From Acidobacteriota bacterium (GTDB taxonomy: Bacteria; Acidobacteriota; Vicinamibacteria; Vicinamibacterales; UBA2999): a DNA stretch of 64,000 nucleotides. Every line of letters begins with the position of its first letter. Position 1 is the stretch's first letter. Both the position numbers and the translations under genes were made by a program. The stretch covers positions 6,724 to 70,723 of the forward strand of contig JBKPAJ010000065.1 in the NCBI GenBank assembly GCA_046726375.1. Reading direction: 5' to 3'. The notes under the pieces are model-generated. The model did no database searches. It saw only the letters and a program-made list of their open reading frames with translations, and was not told where the DNA came from. This document shows positions 45,187-54,809 of the stretch, piece by piece.

Positions 45187-46203
45187 ATGCCGGTTCCACC
45201 CGCAGCACACGATGTCGTTGTGGGGCTGATGGACGGATACATCCAGACGCAACTGCTGTATGTGGCAGCGCGCCTCCGGCTCGCCGATCTGCTCGCGAGC
45301 GGGCCTCAATCGGCTGAGGATTTGGCCGCTGCGGCAGGTGCTGATGCGTCCGTTCTTCATCGGATTCTGCGTGGCCTCGCGATCAACGGACTCATCAAGG
45401 AAGGCCAAGGAGTATTCAGTCTTACCGACGCGGGCCGCTACTTGCAGTCAGGCAGCGGGGATTCATTGCGAGGAGCCGTTCTCAGCCGTGGCGATCTGTA
45501 CTATCGCGCCGCCTCAGGGCTGCTGGAGTCCGCTCAAAATGGAGGTGCCGCATTTCGGCACGTGTACGGAGCCGAGTTTTTCGATCACCTTACCGCCTCG
45601 CCGGACAGGCTCGTCGCCTTTCAAGAGTCCATGGTGGCTCGCTCTCAACTCGAAGTCGCGGAGGTCCTGCGTGCGTACGACTTCAGCCGGTATCACCATA
45701 TCGTCGATGTCGGCGGAGGATTCGGGGTGACGCTTGCTGCCATTCTGAAGTCATACTCTGATCTCCACGGGACGCTCTTTGATCGTCCCGAAGTGGTGCG
45801 AGCGGCGCAGGAACGCCTGCAAGCTGCGGGCGTTACCGCCCGCTGCAAGGTCGTGGCGGGCGATGCGTTCGACGCGGTGCCGCGTGGTGGAGACCTGTAT
45901 CTGCTCTCACGCGTCATCCACGACTGGAACGACGAGGATGCCGTGCGGATCCTCCGCTCCTGCCGCACTGCGATGAACCATGACGGCGGCCTCGTGCTGG
46001 TCGAAGCCGTCATCGCCGACCGCGTATCCGATCAGCCCGCGGCGATCCTCATGGACCTTCATATGTTGGTGCTCGGCCTTGGAAAGGAACGCACCGTCGG
46101 TGAGTTCAGCGGGTTGCTTGCGCGTGCTGGCTTCGCGCTGCGACTCGTCATCCCGACGCAAGGGCGCACCGGTGTCGACATTCTCGAAGCGCGTTGCGTG
46201 TAG
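45187..46203 (+). CDS. O-methyltransferase (family 2, with N-terminal dimerisation/winged-helix domain)
   Basis: GAGGAGGAAGGC lies before ATG 45187. LLYVAARLRLADLLASGPQSAEDLAAAAGADASVLHRILRGL is the dimerisation domain, followed by VDVGGGFGV (motif I) and LLSRVIHDWNDEDAVRIL. Confidence 0.85.
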   Translation: MPVPPAAHDVVVGLMDGYIQTQLLYVAARLRLADLLASGPQSAEDLAAAAGADASVLHRILRGLAINGLIKEGQGVFSLTDAGRYLQSGSGDSLRGAVLSRGDLYYRAASGLLESAQNGGAAFRHVYGAEFFDHLTASPDRLVAFQESMVARSQLEVAEVLRAYDFSRYHHIVDVGGGFGVTLAAILKSYSDLHGTLFDRPEVVRAAQERLQAAGVTARCKVVAGDAFDAVPRGGDLYLLSRVIHDWNDEDAVRILRSCRTAMNHDGGLVLVEAVIADRVSDQPAAILMDLHMLVLGLGKERTVGEFSGLLARAGFALRLVIPTQGRTGVDILEARCV

Positions 46204-46591
46204 TGCCGTGCCAGAATCAAGTGCTCGATCGCTCGCGGCGACCGGCGCAGTCGGGAGTAATTCGCGATTGTTGCTGAGGTCGAAGCCTTGAGGACTACTA
46301 CAGTCTTTCTGATGTTCTGATGGGCTCAACCGAAAAATCCTGACAGCGCCTGGCTCGAGAACCGACAACAATCCTGCGGTTGTGATGTCAGCGCACTGGT
46401 TGACGGGATCGGTAGCGAACGGCGAGACGTGAATCTACCCCCTCAATTCACTTGGAGTTGATGATCGTGGCATTGAGCCGACCTCAAGATTCGGGCCGAA
46501 AGCGGCAGTATTCGAACGTTCAACGCCGTTGGCGCTGCGAACTGAAGTGAGCTTTGGGGTTAATGAGCCAGGACGTCTATTGCGATCGATC

Positions 46592-47497
46592 ATGAAACCA
46601 CCGCTCGCCCTTGTCTTTCTTGTTTTTCTTCACGGCGCTCAGTCGCCGGCGTCGGAGAACTTTCTCGCCGACTTGCGACGCATGACAGCGGCAGAAACCA
46701 ACGACGACCGGTTCAACGCGCTGACGGCAATGCTTCGCGCGCGGAACCTGACGTACTCAGTTCAGCTCTTCACGCTCGATAAACCAATCCGTCGCGAGCC
46801 GCGCACGGAAGGACGCAACGTGATTGTGGCGATTGGCACCGGCACCGAGTCCATTGTCGTCGGCGCGCACTACGATGCCGTGCGGCTGTCGGATGGCACG
46901 TTGAGCCGCGGCGCTGTCGACAATGCCGCGTCCAGCGTCACTCTCGTGCGTCTGGCCGAGGCGTTGCGTGCGGACGATCTACCGCGGCAGGTAAAGGTGA
47001 TCTGGTTTGATATGGAGGAACTGGGGCTGATTGGATCGCGGCGATATATCGACGCTTACGGGACGGATGGGCTGATTGCGATGCTCAACTTCGACGTGAA
47101 CGGCTACGGCGACACGGTCCTCTACGGCCCGTCGGAGCGCGACGAGAGTCGCAACTTGCGCCGCCATCTAATGAGCGTGTGTGCTGCGGAAGCAAGAAGC
47201 TGTGTCGCATTCCCGCAGATGCCGCCCGGTGACGATCGATCCTTCGTCGGCGCAAAAATTCCGACGCTGTCGATCGGCGCCCTTCCGGCGATCGAGGCTC
47301 ACCAACTGTGGTTGATGATAAACGCTGCGCAGGACTCCGGCTTAGCGCAGGGGCATACGCCGGCGATTCTCCGCACGATTCACACGTATGAAGACACAAC
47401 GGCAAAGGTCGACGGCGAGACCATGACCTGGATGCTGCAGTTTGCACACGCGCTGGTTCGCGAGGTCGCGCGATCGTCTGCCAAGCCAGCCAATTGA
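46592..47497 (+). CDS. M28-family metallopeptidase, secreted
   Basis: Signal peptide MKPPLALVFLVFLHGAQS. Zinc-ligand blocks VVGAHYDAV, GAVDNAASSV and WFDMEELGLIGS. Confidence 0.8.
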   Translation: MKPPLALVFLVFLHGAQSPASENFLADLRRMTAAETNDDRFNALTAMLRARNLTYSVQLFTLDKPIRREPRTEGRNVIVAIGTGTESIVVGAHYDAVRLSDGTLSRGAVDNAASSVTLVRLAEALRADDLPRQVKVIWFDMEELGLIGSRRYIDAYGTDGLIAMLNFDVNGYGDTVLYGPSERDESRNLRRHLMSVCAAEARSCVAFPQMPPGDDRSFVGAKIPTLSIGALPAIEAHQLWLMINAAQDSGLAQGHTPAILRTIHTYEDTTAKVDGETMTWMLQFAHALVREVARSSAKPAN

Positions 47498-47678
47498 ATG
47501 TCAAGAGCTCGACGAAGGAACTCCCGAACACCGCCTTGCGGCTCGTGAGGAGCAGAAATGAGTGCGTCGCACCGTACCGCCCTTCAAAGAACTGAAAGAA
47601 TCTGACAGCACTCGTTGCCGCCGCCCTGCTAGATTCGGCACTTAATCGTAGCCGGTGACGCCGCAGCGGGGTTCGACA

Positions 47679-48239
47679 ATGAATCACAGCGTACGAAGCG
47701 CGTTTCGACGGTCCTTCCTTGTTGTCCTCACGTTGGTCTGCTCGGTGCACGCTCAACGTTCGCCGACCGATTCCACTTCCGACCCGGGAATTGTCCCAAC
47801 CGGATTCGGCGAAGCCGTAGACCACGACGTGAGAGCGGTCAGGGTTGCGACCGAGTCGTTTACGGCTCTTGACAACGCGGTTGCCGCCGGTTACGAACGC
47901 GAGGTTTCGCAATGCGTCGAAGACCCGCGGCTGGGCGGTATGGGGTTTCACCACAAGAATCCCGCGCTGCGCGATGTCGACCTCGAAGTCGCCAAACCTG
48001 AGATTCTGCTGTACGAGCGCACGGAAGATGGCCGCTACATACTGACTGGCGTCGAGTACGTTGTCCCGATCTCCGCGTGGTCGCGAAGCGAGTCCCCCAT
48101 CATCATGGGGCAGACCTTAAAGCGTAGCGACAGCCTCGGGATCTGGTATCTGCACGCGTGGAGTCGACCAAGGTTTCCATGCGTACCAGGAGCGATCAGA
48201 TTCCGTGAGCAGGTTCTGCACTTGCTCGCGATGACCTGA
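47679..48239 (+). CDS. secreted hypothetical protein, paralog of the partial gene at 63563-64000
   Basis: Signal peptide MNHSVRSAFRRSFLVVLTLVCSVHA. It shares AAGY...GGMGFHH...PEILLYE...LTGVEYVVP...WYLHAW blocks with the other copy. The last roughly 40 codons overlap a convergent gene, and the C-terminus differs from the paralog. Confidence 0.6.
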   Translation: MNHSVRSAFRRSFLVVLTLVCSVHAQRSPTDSTSDPGIVPTGFGEAVDHDVRAVRVATESFTALDNAVAAGYEREVSQCVEDPRLGGMGFHHKNPALRDVDLEVAKPEILLYERTEDGRYILTGVEYVVPISAWSRSESPIIMGQTLKRSDSLGIWYLHAWSRPRFPCVPGAIRFREQVLHLLAMT

Positions 48240-48794
48240 CACTGTCGCGTGTTCGCTTCGGTCGGAAGACCAGAACGCCCATTCGGTCGATGCGTCCGTG
48301 ACTCCGATCTGGATAGCCTCGAAGAAGCGACCCTCGATCACACTCGTGACTGTCCACTTGAGGCGGATGACTTCGTCATCGGGGTTCTCGTTGCACGCGT
48401 CGCACCCGCAGCCCGGAAAGGTCACCGTGCACCAGCGTCCGAAGCGGACCCGAAGGCCAGGAAAGGCCGAGAACGCCACGGCCACAGCCGCGGCCGTGCC
48501 ATCGCGCGGCGTCAACGTGACAGTCGGCCGCGCTAACCTGATTCCTCTTTCCACTTCCGGATCGATCCCGTAGCCCTCGCTGCGCTCAACGTCGAAGTCG
48601 CGCGCCAACTGCTGCAGCAACTGCGTCGCGACGTCATGCAGTACGGCGAACCGCTTGGGATTCGTGACGCGGCCGTACGCTTCGGGAGCACTCGACCCAC
48701 TGCCATGTGCTGCGGGAGTTGGGTGACGCGACCACCCGTCGTCGTTGTCATCGTCCATCGTCGCCGAATCGTCGCCCGTTGCGGCCGGTCGCAA
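48117..48794 (-). CDS. conserved hypothetical protein with CGCDAC motif (resembles DUF6226-type proteins)
   Basis: 225 aa. ...VTFPGCGCDACNENPDDEVIRLKWTVTSVIEG... The start is uncertain (ATG 48794 or 48758). The 3' end overlaps the convergent gene by 123 bp. Confidence 0.55.
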   Translation of the reverse strand: MRPAATGDDSATMDDDNDDGWSRHPTPAAHGSGSSAPEAYGRVTNPKRFAVLHDVATQLLQQLARDFDVERSEGYGIDPEVERGIRLARPTVTLTPRDGTAAAVAVAFSAFPGLRVRFGRWCTVTFPGCGCDACNENPDDEVIRLKWTVTSVIEGRFFEAIQIGVTDASTEWAFWSSDRSEHATVSGHREQVQNLLTESDRSWYAWKPWSTPRVQIPDPEAVATL

Positions 48795-48936
48795 TAGACG
48801 GACCCGATTGTCCGCCCTCGCCGAGTTGCTCGGACAATGATCGCATTAATTCAGTTGCCATCGTGAATGTGCTGTCAGCTGCGAACGACCACTGCTGGAC
48901 GACGCGGGCATCCTGCGGGCTCGAGGAGAGAGTTTC

Positions 48937-50367
48937 TCAATCGCGAAAGCACGCGCCGAGGCGCCGAAGTCCTTCTTCGATGTCGTCAGTCGCGATCGCG
49001 CCATACCCAAGCATCACGCCGGCCCGCTGGGAGCGACCGACCGTGAACGACGACAACAGCTGGACGGCGACACCGACATCGGCGGCGCGCTGCGCAATAC
49101 CTACTATTCGCGAGGGCGGCAATCTGGAGGCGACGGCAGTAACGTGCAGACCGGTACTTGACGGCACGAGCTCGAGGTGCTGCCTGAAGTCGCGGGATAG
49201 AGTGCTGACGATCAGCGCGTGCCGGGCACGATAGACGGTACCAACCCGTCTGATGTGCCGTGCGTAACTACCGTCATCGATGAAGCGAGCCAGAGCCGCC
49301 TGCACGAGGCCGGACGTATGCCAGTCGGAGACATACTTTGCCTTCTGAACCGCGGAGCGCAGTGATGAAGGTGCCACGATAAACCCGAGTCGCAGCGTCG
49401 GCAACATCGTCTTGGAAAATGACCCGATGTAAATCACGAGGCCAGACCCGTCGAGCGTCTGCAGTGCTTCGAGCGGCCGCCCACCGAATCGGAACTCGCT
49501 GTCATAGTCATCTTCGATGATCGCCGCCTTGTGCCGCTCGGCCCAACTGAGCAGCGCCTGACGGCGAGCCAGCGTCATCGGCACACCAAGTGGATACTGG
49601 TGCGACGGCGTCACGTAGACGGCCCGTACTCGACGTGGGATCGCTGTCACAACGAGTCCGTCGCGATCGACGGGAACTCCCACCACGCGAACACCCAGCG
49701 ATTCGAGGAGAAGCCTGGCGGGTGGGTAACCGGGGTCTTCGACCGCGACTTGGTCCCCTGGCGCCAGCAAGACGCGAGCGAGGATGTCGAGGGCCTGCTG
49801 AGTGCCGTTCGTGACCGTGACCGCCTCTGGCGGCGTCAGCACGCCGCGGGAAATCGCGATATGGCGCGCAATCGCCGCGCGCAGCCCCGGATCCCCCGCC
49901 GGATGCTGATAGACGCCGGCGGCCACTTCACCCGAACGCATGGCTCGCGCCATCAGTCGACGCCACGCCCGATGCGGAAACAGCAAGGCATCCGGAAGGC
50001 CAGTCCGAAAATCATAGCGAGCAGGCCTGTCAAACGCGGTCGACAGCGGGATCGATTGCCAAACGGCTCGTGGCCGAAGGACGCTGCCTTGGAGCTTGAC
50101 GAACGGTGAGCCTCGCCGCCTGGCATGTTCGCTGACAAACGTTCCGGCACCCACACGCGCGGTCACGAATCCTTCGGCGGCGAGCGTTTCGTACGCCACG
50201 CTGACGGTCATGCGCGACACCGACAGTCTGCGAGCCAGATGCCGTGTCGGCGGCAATGCGTCACCGGGGCCAAGCCGGCCGTCGGCAATCGCCTGGCGCA
50301 GCTGACGGCAGATCTCGCGGCAGAGATCCTTGCGGCCAACGAGGTTGACATGGAGATCCATCGCCAT
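48937..50367 (-). CDS. MocR/PdxR-type regulator (GntR HTH fused to a fold-type I aminotransferase domain)
   Basis: N-terminal ICRQLRQAIADGRLGPGDALPPTRHLARRLSVSRMTVSVAYETLAAEGFV, then an aminotransferase-like domain with SFSKTMLPTLRLGF (PLP lysine). Confidence 0.9.
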   Translation of the reverse strand: MAMDLHVNLVGRKDLCREICRQLRQAIADGRLGPGDALPPTRHLARRLSVSRMTVSVAYETLAAEGFVTARVGAGTFVSEHARRRGSPFVKLQGSVLRPRAVWQSIPLSTAFDRPARYDFRTGLPDALLFPHRAWRRLMARAMRSGEVAAGVYQHPAGDPGLRAAIARHIAISRGVLTPPEAVTVTNGTQQALDILARVLLAPGDQVAVEDPGYPPARLLLESLGVRVVGVPVDRDGLVVTAIPRRVRAVYVTPSHQYPLGVPMTLARRQALLSWAERHKAAIIEDDYDSEFRFGGRPLEALQTLDGSGLVIYIGSFSKTMLPTLRLGFIVAPSSLRSAVQKAKYVSDWHTSGLVQAALARFIDDGSYARHIRRVGTVYRARHALIVSTLSRDFRQHLELVPSSTGLHVTAVASRLPPSRIVGIAQRAADVGVAVQLLSSFTVGRSQRAGVMLGYGAIATDDIEEGLRRLGACFRD

Positions 50368-50392
50368 GGGCGGCTCGAATTGGACTGGTGAA

Positions 50393-50947
50393 ATGGTACC
50401 AGATTGGCTCTGGAAGTCAGTCCTTTGGCACGTCTACCCTACCGAATCGCGAGTGCGCGACTGGGGAAGGATCGATTCGAGTGAGCCGGTGTGTCGACGC
50501 GCGACAACATTTGTGCTGGGCGGTGGAGCCGTCGCGGCGACGCTGAACATTCTGTACGCCTGGTTGTTCTGGCGGCTAAAGGCGGGCGTTTCGATGCAGC
50601 GCATTCTCCAGTCTGTCGCCGCCGGCGTTCTTGGCAGAAGCAGCTTCGACGGCGGCACCTCAACGGCGACGCTGGGATTGGTGCTGCACTACTTCATGGC
50701 GTCGGTCATGTCTGTTGGCTACTACCTCGCCACAGATCGCTGGCCGTTGCTGGTCGAACGTCCCGCGCTCTGCGGCGCGGCCTACGGACTGCTGCTGTAC
50801 GCGGTGATGAACGCCATCGTCGCACCGTTGTCCGCAGCCGGTCAGGGACCTGCCGTTCGCCTGTGGATCGTCCTCAGCATTGTGGTGCACATGGTGTGCA
50901 TCGGGACTCCCATTGGTCTTGCTGCGGAAAGGGCGCGGAGTGCCTGA
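50393..50947 (+). CDS. hypothetical polytopic membrane protein, divergent from the MocR regulator
   Basis: Four or five hydrophobic helices (FVLGGGAVAATLNILYAWLFW, LGLVLHYFMASVMSVGYYL, ...). The start codon is uncertain. Confidence 0.5.
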   Translation: MVPDWLWKSVLWHVYPTESRVRDWGRIDSSEPVCRRATTFVLGGGAVAATLNILYAWLFWRLKAGVSMQRILQSVAAGVLGRSSFDGGTSTATLGLVLHYFMASVMSVGYYLATDRWPLLVERPALCGAAYGLLLYAVMNAIVAPLSAAGQGPAVRLWIVLSIVVHMVCIGTPIGLAAERARSA

Positions 50948-51047
50948 TCCACGCACATCTAGAGAAGTTACCTCACCTACCCGGTTGTTCGAATCCGCAA
51001 GTGGACTCGTCGAGCGAGTTGAATGCCGCAGCGCGCAGCCGGCCTTA

Positions 51048-51827
51048 ATGGCTGAGGATTTCTCACCTGATTTCAAGGTCGCCTTCCCGTACCGCGGCGG
51101 CTTCGTGTGGCACGTCGGCGGTGAAGCCGTGGTCAGCGATCCTAATCAAGTTCTGTTCATCAGGCGCGGGGAGCCGTTTCGCATGGGCCGGCATCGGCCC
51201 GACGGTTTCGGCGAGGTGATCATCACGCCGGCGGAGTCCATCCTGCGAGCCGTCTCGGAGGCAACCGGATTCGATCTGGAGCGACATCCTCTTTTTGCGG
51301 CGCGGAGTCGGCGGGCCCCACCCATGCTGCAGCGGCGCTGCGCACAGTTCATCCATCAGGCCGTCAATGACGATCGCCCAACCGATCTCGATTTGGATCA
51401 CGCGCTCATCTCGTTGCTGCGCGACGCGCTTCAGTTGGAGGCTCCCACGTCCGTCAGTTCACCTCAGATACGACGGCTGATTCGGCGCGCCAAGGAGTTT
51501 GTGAACGCCCATTTCACAGAGCGATTGCAGCTGTTCGATGTGGGTCGCGCCGTGGGTGCCTCGCCTGCCTATGTCACGGATGTTTTTCGTCGCTTCGAAG
51601 GGATTTCGTTGCAGCGCTACGTGACCCAACTGCGCCTCGCCCGCGCGCTCGTTGAACTGCCATACTCCACAGACATCACGTCACTGGCGCTCGATCTCGG
51701 CTTCTCGAGCCACAGCCATTTCACGCTGGCCTTCCGACGCGCGTTCGGCTGCACACCGTCTGAGTTCCGCCGAATTACTCGACATCGCCACGAATCAGCG
51801 GATTTCGAACACGGCGGCGTGCGATGA
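51048..51827 (+). CDS. AraC-family transcriptional regulator
   Basis: C-terminal HTH: LFDVGRAVGASPAYVTDVFRRFEGISLQRYVTQLRLARALVEL...LALDLGFSSHSHFTLAFRRAFGCTPSEFR. Confidence 0.85.
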   Translation: MAEDFSPDFKVAFPYRGGFVWHVGGEAVVSDPNQVLFIRRGEPFRMGRHRPDGFGEVIITPAESILRAVSEATGFDLERHPLFAARSRRAPPMLQRRCAQFIHQAVNDDRPTDLDLDHALISLLRDALQLEAPTSVSSPQIRRLIRRAKEFVNAHFTERLQLFDVGRAVGASPAYVTDVFRRFEGISLQRYVTQLRLARALVELPYSTDITSLALDLGFSSHSHFTLAFRRAFGCTPSEFRRITRHRHESADFEHGGVR

Positions 51828-52954
51828 CTCAGCGAAGGAACGTGACAGCGTATTTCCGCACGTTGCGCTCACGATGGACAAAAATGGTGCACCGTGCCAG
51901 CTGGCGACGGGTATGGCTCGGCGGGCCATCGTGCTTCGTGCTGGTCGTTTTCGTGAGCGTCGGCGTGCTCGCTGGAGATCGCGAGCCATTGAGTCTAGAC
52001 ACACACGAACGTAGCCGCTTGCCGGGCAAATTCATCGCACTCTCGCACGGGTATACGAGCTACGATGTCACCGGTCCGGCGGACGGCCGTGTGGTGCTGC
52101 TGATTCCCGGGATCTCCATTCCCAGGAGCGTGTTCCGACCTACTGCCGCATCCCTTGCACAAGCTGGCTACCGCGTCGTCACGTACGATCTGTACGGACG
52201 CGGGTTGTCGGATCGGCCGCGAGTGCGCTACGACGCGGCCCTGTTCAACCAACAGATCGATGAGCTGCTTACCGCGATCCAGATTACTGGGCCCATCACG
52301 CTCATGGGTGTGGCTTCGGGTGGGCTGCAGTCGATGCTCTATACGGAGTTTCGACCGACCCGCGTCGAACGCCTCGTCCTCATCTGCCCCGACGGAGTAA
52401 ATGCGCCGGTCGACGGTTTTGTTCGACTGGTGCGAACCCCGGTGGTCGGCCAAATCGCCGGTCGCGTCATCTTGAATACGGTCGGTCAGCGGCAATGGGA
52501 GGAGCGGCTGCAGAACTATTCGTCTGACGGCCGCGTCGTCGAAGACGTCATCACGTCGTTCCGAAGTCAGCTCCGTTACCAGGGGTTCTGGCGTGCGCTG
52601 GCATCGTCAATTGCGAGCCTGCCCATCAGCGAGTCGAGCGATCTTTTCCGACGAGTGGAACGCCAAGGGCTGCCGACGCTGATCCTCTGGGGTACCCACG
52701 ACGTGATTATTCCGGTTCGGCTTGCTCAGGAAGTGCGGAGACTGATGCCATCAGCGTCGTACGTCGAAATCCCGGCGGGCCATCTGCCGCAATACGAGCG
52801 TCCCGATCTCACGAACGAAGCGATACTTCGCTTTCTCGAGCAGACGCAAAAACGTCATGCCCGGTCCCTTCGCGGTGAGCTTGCGAAGGGTCCGGCTAAC
52901 GATGAAGGTGCGGCGCCGTCCCACATGCCAGCGTCAGTGATGTATTGGCCATGA
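51824..52954 (+). CDS. alpha/beta-fold hydrolase with N-terminal membrane anchor
   Basis: ATG overlaps the AraC stop (ATGA). TM helix CFVLVVFVSVGVLAG, LLIPGISIPRS, elbow LMGVASGG, and C-terminal IPAGHLPQYERPD. Confidence 0.8.
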   Translation: MTQRRNVTAYFRTLRSRWTKMVHRASWRRVWLGGPSCFVLVVFVSVGVLAGDREPLSLDTHERSRLPGKFIALSHGYTSYDVTGPADGRVVLLIPGISIPRSVFRPTAASLAQAGYRVVTYDLYGRGLSDRPRVRYDAALFNQQIDELLTAIQITGPITLMGVASGGLQSMLYTEFRPTRVERLVLICPDGVNAPVDGFVRLVRTPVVGQIAGRVILNTVGQRQWEERLQNYSSDGRVVEDVITSFRSQLRYQGFWRALASSIASLPISESSDLFRRVERQGLPTLILWGTHDVIIPVRLAQEVRRLMPSASYVEIPAGHLPQYERPDLTNEAILRFLEQTQKRHARSLRGELAKGPANDEGAAPSHMPASVMYWP

Positions 52955-53130
52955 AAACCGAACGCAATATGGTGTGGCAGCCGCCCGACCTCGTTCTTCA
53001 AAGGACTCGGCATCCAGGACGAGCAGGAACGAAGTTCGTCTCTTTGCAGCAAAGACGACCGCGAGGATCACGCCGTGGTCCTCGCGAGAGCGGCGGGATT
53101 CAATTTCCAAGCGTGCTCCTTCAATCATTA
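52935..53130 (-). pseudogene. carotenoid-cleavage-oxygenase (RPE65-family) C-terminal remnant, frameshifted
   Basis: EDHGVILAVVFAAKRRTSFLLVLDAESFEE, then in the next frame VGRLPHHIAFGFHGQYI. This is the characteristic last blade of the family with nothing upstream. It overlaps the hydrolase 3' end. Confidence 0.4.
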
Positions 53131-53206
53131 CACATGGGTCTCGGCGCGAATTCCCCTCGTCAGCTAAATTTACTTGGGTTCTGGCGCAGCAGACGAATGA
53201 ATCCGT

Positions 53207-53611
53207 TCAGCGCCATCGATTTGCCTCCTGCTTCAGCCAGTACCGGATACCACGGCCGGCATATGGTTCTTGCGCAAACCGCGGGATGACGTGCATGTGT
53301 GCATGCATTACGTCCTGCCCGCCGGTAGCCGCGCAGTTCCAGCCGACGTTGTAGCCCTGTGGCTGGTACGTCGCGTCCATCCACCGCTTCACATCGGCGA
53401 GCAACTGAAATGACGTGCACACCTCGTCGAGCGTTAGATCGAATACGGTTTCAGCGTGACGAACCGGAATGATCACGCCGGAGCCGACCAGCGCACCTTG
53501 TTGCCTGGCGTTCTGCAGGAAAAGCGCCGAGTCGTTGCGACAAACGAGCCGCTGATCGGGATCGTCCGCCCAGTGGCACAGAGGACAGTCGCTCGGGATG
53601 ACGTCTGGCAT
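53207..53611 (-). CDS. HIT-family (histidine triad) protein
   Basis: N-terminal CPLC and the histidine triad HAHMHVIPR. Confidence 0.85.
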   Translation of the reverse strand: MPDVIPSDCPLCHWADDPDQRLVCRNDSALFLQNARQQGALVGSGVIIPVRHAETVFDLTLDEVCTSFQLLADVKRWMDATYQPQGYNVGWNCAATGGQDVMHAHMHVIPRFAQEPYAGRGIRYWLKQEANRWR

Positions 53612-53704
53612 GTCGCGGTTCGCGGAGTTGAAGGTTCGAGCGGCGACTCGATGAGCCCGTGGCTGTCCTCGGGCGCGACTTGCGCGGAATCTTACGCAGG
53701 CGTT

Positions 53705-54211
53705 CTAGACTCTCGAACCTTTGCTCTTTGGTACCGAGTGCTTGGTGTTGTAAGCGATCGCCGCGCGCAGCAACGCCTTGAGCGCAGTCTTGTCTATCTT
53801 GTCTCCCTCGCGAAAGTCTATCGCCCGCCACGTGTTCCCCTCCAGGCCCGCGTTGAAGAGCTTCTTGGGATCAGGGAGCTCGGCTCCGTTGAAGAACGTG
53901 AGCTTCACCTTGTCCTTGTGGGCATTGGCGAGGGCGTACATCCCCTCGTGCGACCAGACGGGGCTCCCCATCCACTTCCATTCTTCGACTACCTCGGGGT
54001 CCGCCTCGCGGATGAGGGTCCGGATTTCGGCCAACCTCTCGCCTCTCCAATCCCCCAGGTCCGCGATTCTCTTGTCGATCCGCTCGGATGCGCTCATATG
54101 GTGTGATGACGTGGCGACCGCCTTGCGCGGTTTGGCCGCCTTCGCAGCGACCCGCTTGGCGGCGGCCTTCTTTGCGACCTTCGCCGACTTCGTGGACGTC
54201 TTGCCGGGCAT
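53705..54211 (-). CDS. DUF1801 (YdhG-like) domain protein with Lys/Ala-rich N-terminal tail
   Basis: From ATG 54211: MPGKTSTKSAKVAKKAAAKRVAAKAAKPRK..., then RIADLGDWRGERLAEIRTLIREADPEVVEEWKWMGSPVWSHEGMYALANAHKDKVKLTFFNG. Confidence 0.75.
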   Translation of the reverse strand: MPGKTSTKSAKVAKKAAAKRVAAKAAKPRKAVATSSHHMSASERIDKRIADLGDWRGERLAEIRTLIREADPEVVEEWKWMGSPVWSHEGMYALANAHKDKVKLTFFNGAELPDPKKLFNAGLEGNTWRAIDFREGDKIDKTALKALLRAAIAYNTKHSVPKSKGSRV

Positions 54212-54258
54212 TGTGTTCACTCCAGGACTGCGGTGACGTGCGAGGATCCCGGCCGGCG

Positions 54259-54753
54259 CTACGGGACCCAGCCGGGCAGGGCGGCCGCCTGCCGGATCCA
54301 TGTTGCCATCTGCGCCTCGTCGAGCTGATCGTCCTCGCGGATGTAGAGGTAGCGTACTTCCTCGTGCTTGGACTCGCCAGGCGGAACGGGACGCAGCGAC
54401 GTGCCGCGGAAGAACGCCACCTTGACGTAGTTCGTGAAGCAATGGAAGTTGAGGAACCAGCCCTGGCCCTCGACTCCGTAGAAGGGCGAGTTCCATTTGA
54501 CCGCCTTGCGCACGCCGGGGACGGTGCGCACGATGAGTGCGTCGAGGCGGCGCCCGACGTCGCGTTTCCAGCCCGGCATGGCCGCGATGTAGTCCAGCAC
54601 GGGGGCGTCGCCGTCGGCCTTCGCGATCTGAGGGTTGCCGCCCGAGAGTAGGACGGGGACCTTCTCGCCTTCTCGCACCTTGATCGGCTTGGCCTTACTC
54701 GCACCGGGCTTGGCCTTCGCCCCAGCCTTCGGCTTCTTGATTGACGCCTTCAT
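54259..54753 (-). CDS. DUF1801 domain protein with Lys/Ala-rich N-terminal tail
   Basis: From ATG 54753: MKASIKKPKAGAKAKPGASKAKPIK..., then PVLDYIAAMPGWKRDVGRRLDALIVRTVPGVRKAVKWNSPFYGVEGQGWFLNFHCFTNYVKVAFFRG. Confidence 0.75.
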   Translation of the reverse strand: MKASIKKPKAGAKAKPGASKAKPIKVREGEKVPVLLSGGNPQIAKADGDAPVLDYIAAMPGWKRDVGRRLDALIVRTVPGVRKAVKWNSPFYGVEGQGWFLNFHCFTNYVKVAFFRGTSLRPVPPGESKHEEVRYLYIREDDQLDEAQMATWIRQAAALPGWVP

Positions 54754-54809
54754 CTGCCGCTGGATTCGTCGGTTTTGATTCGCCACGCTTCGTTCCTGTG
54801 TTCGAGCGG

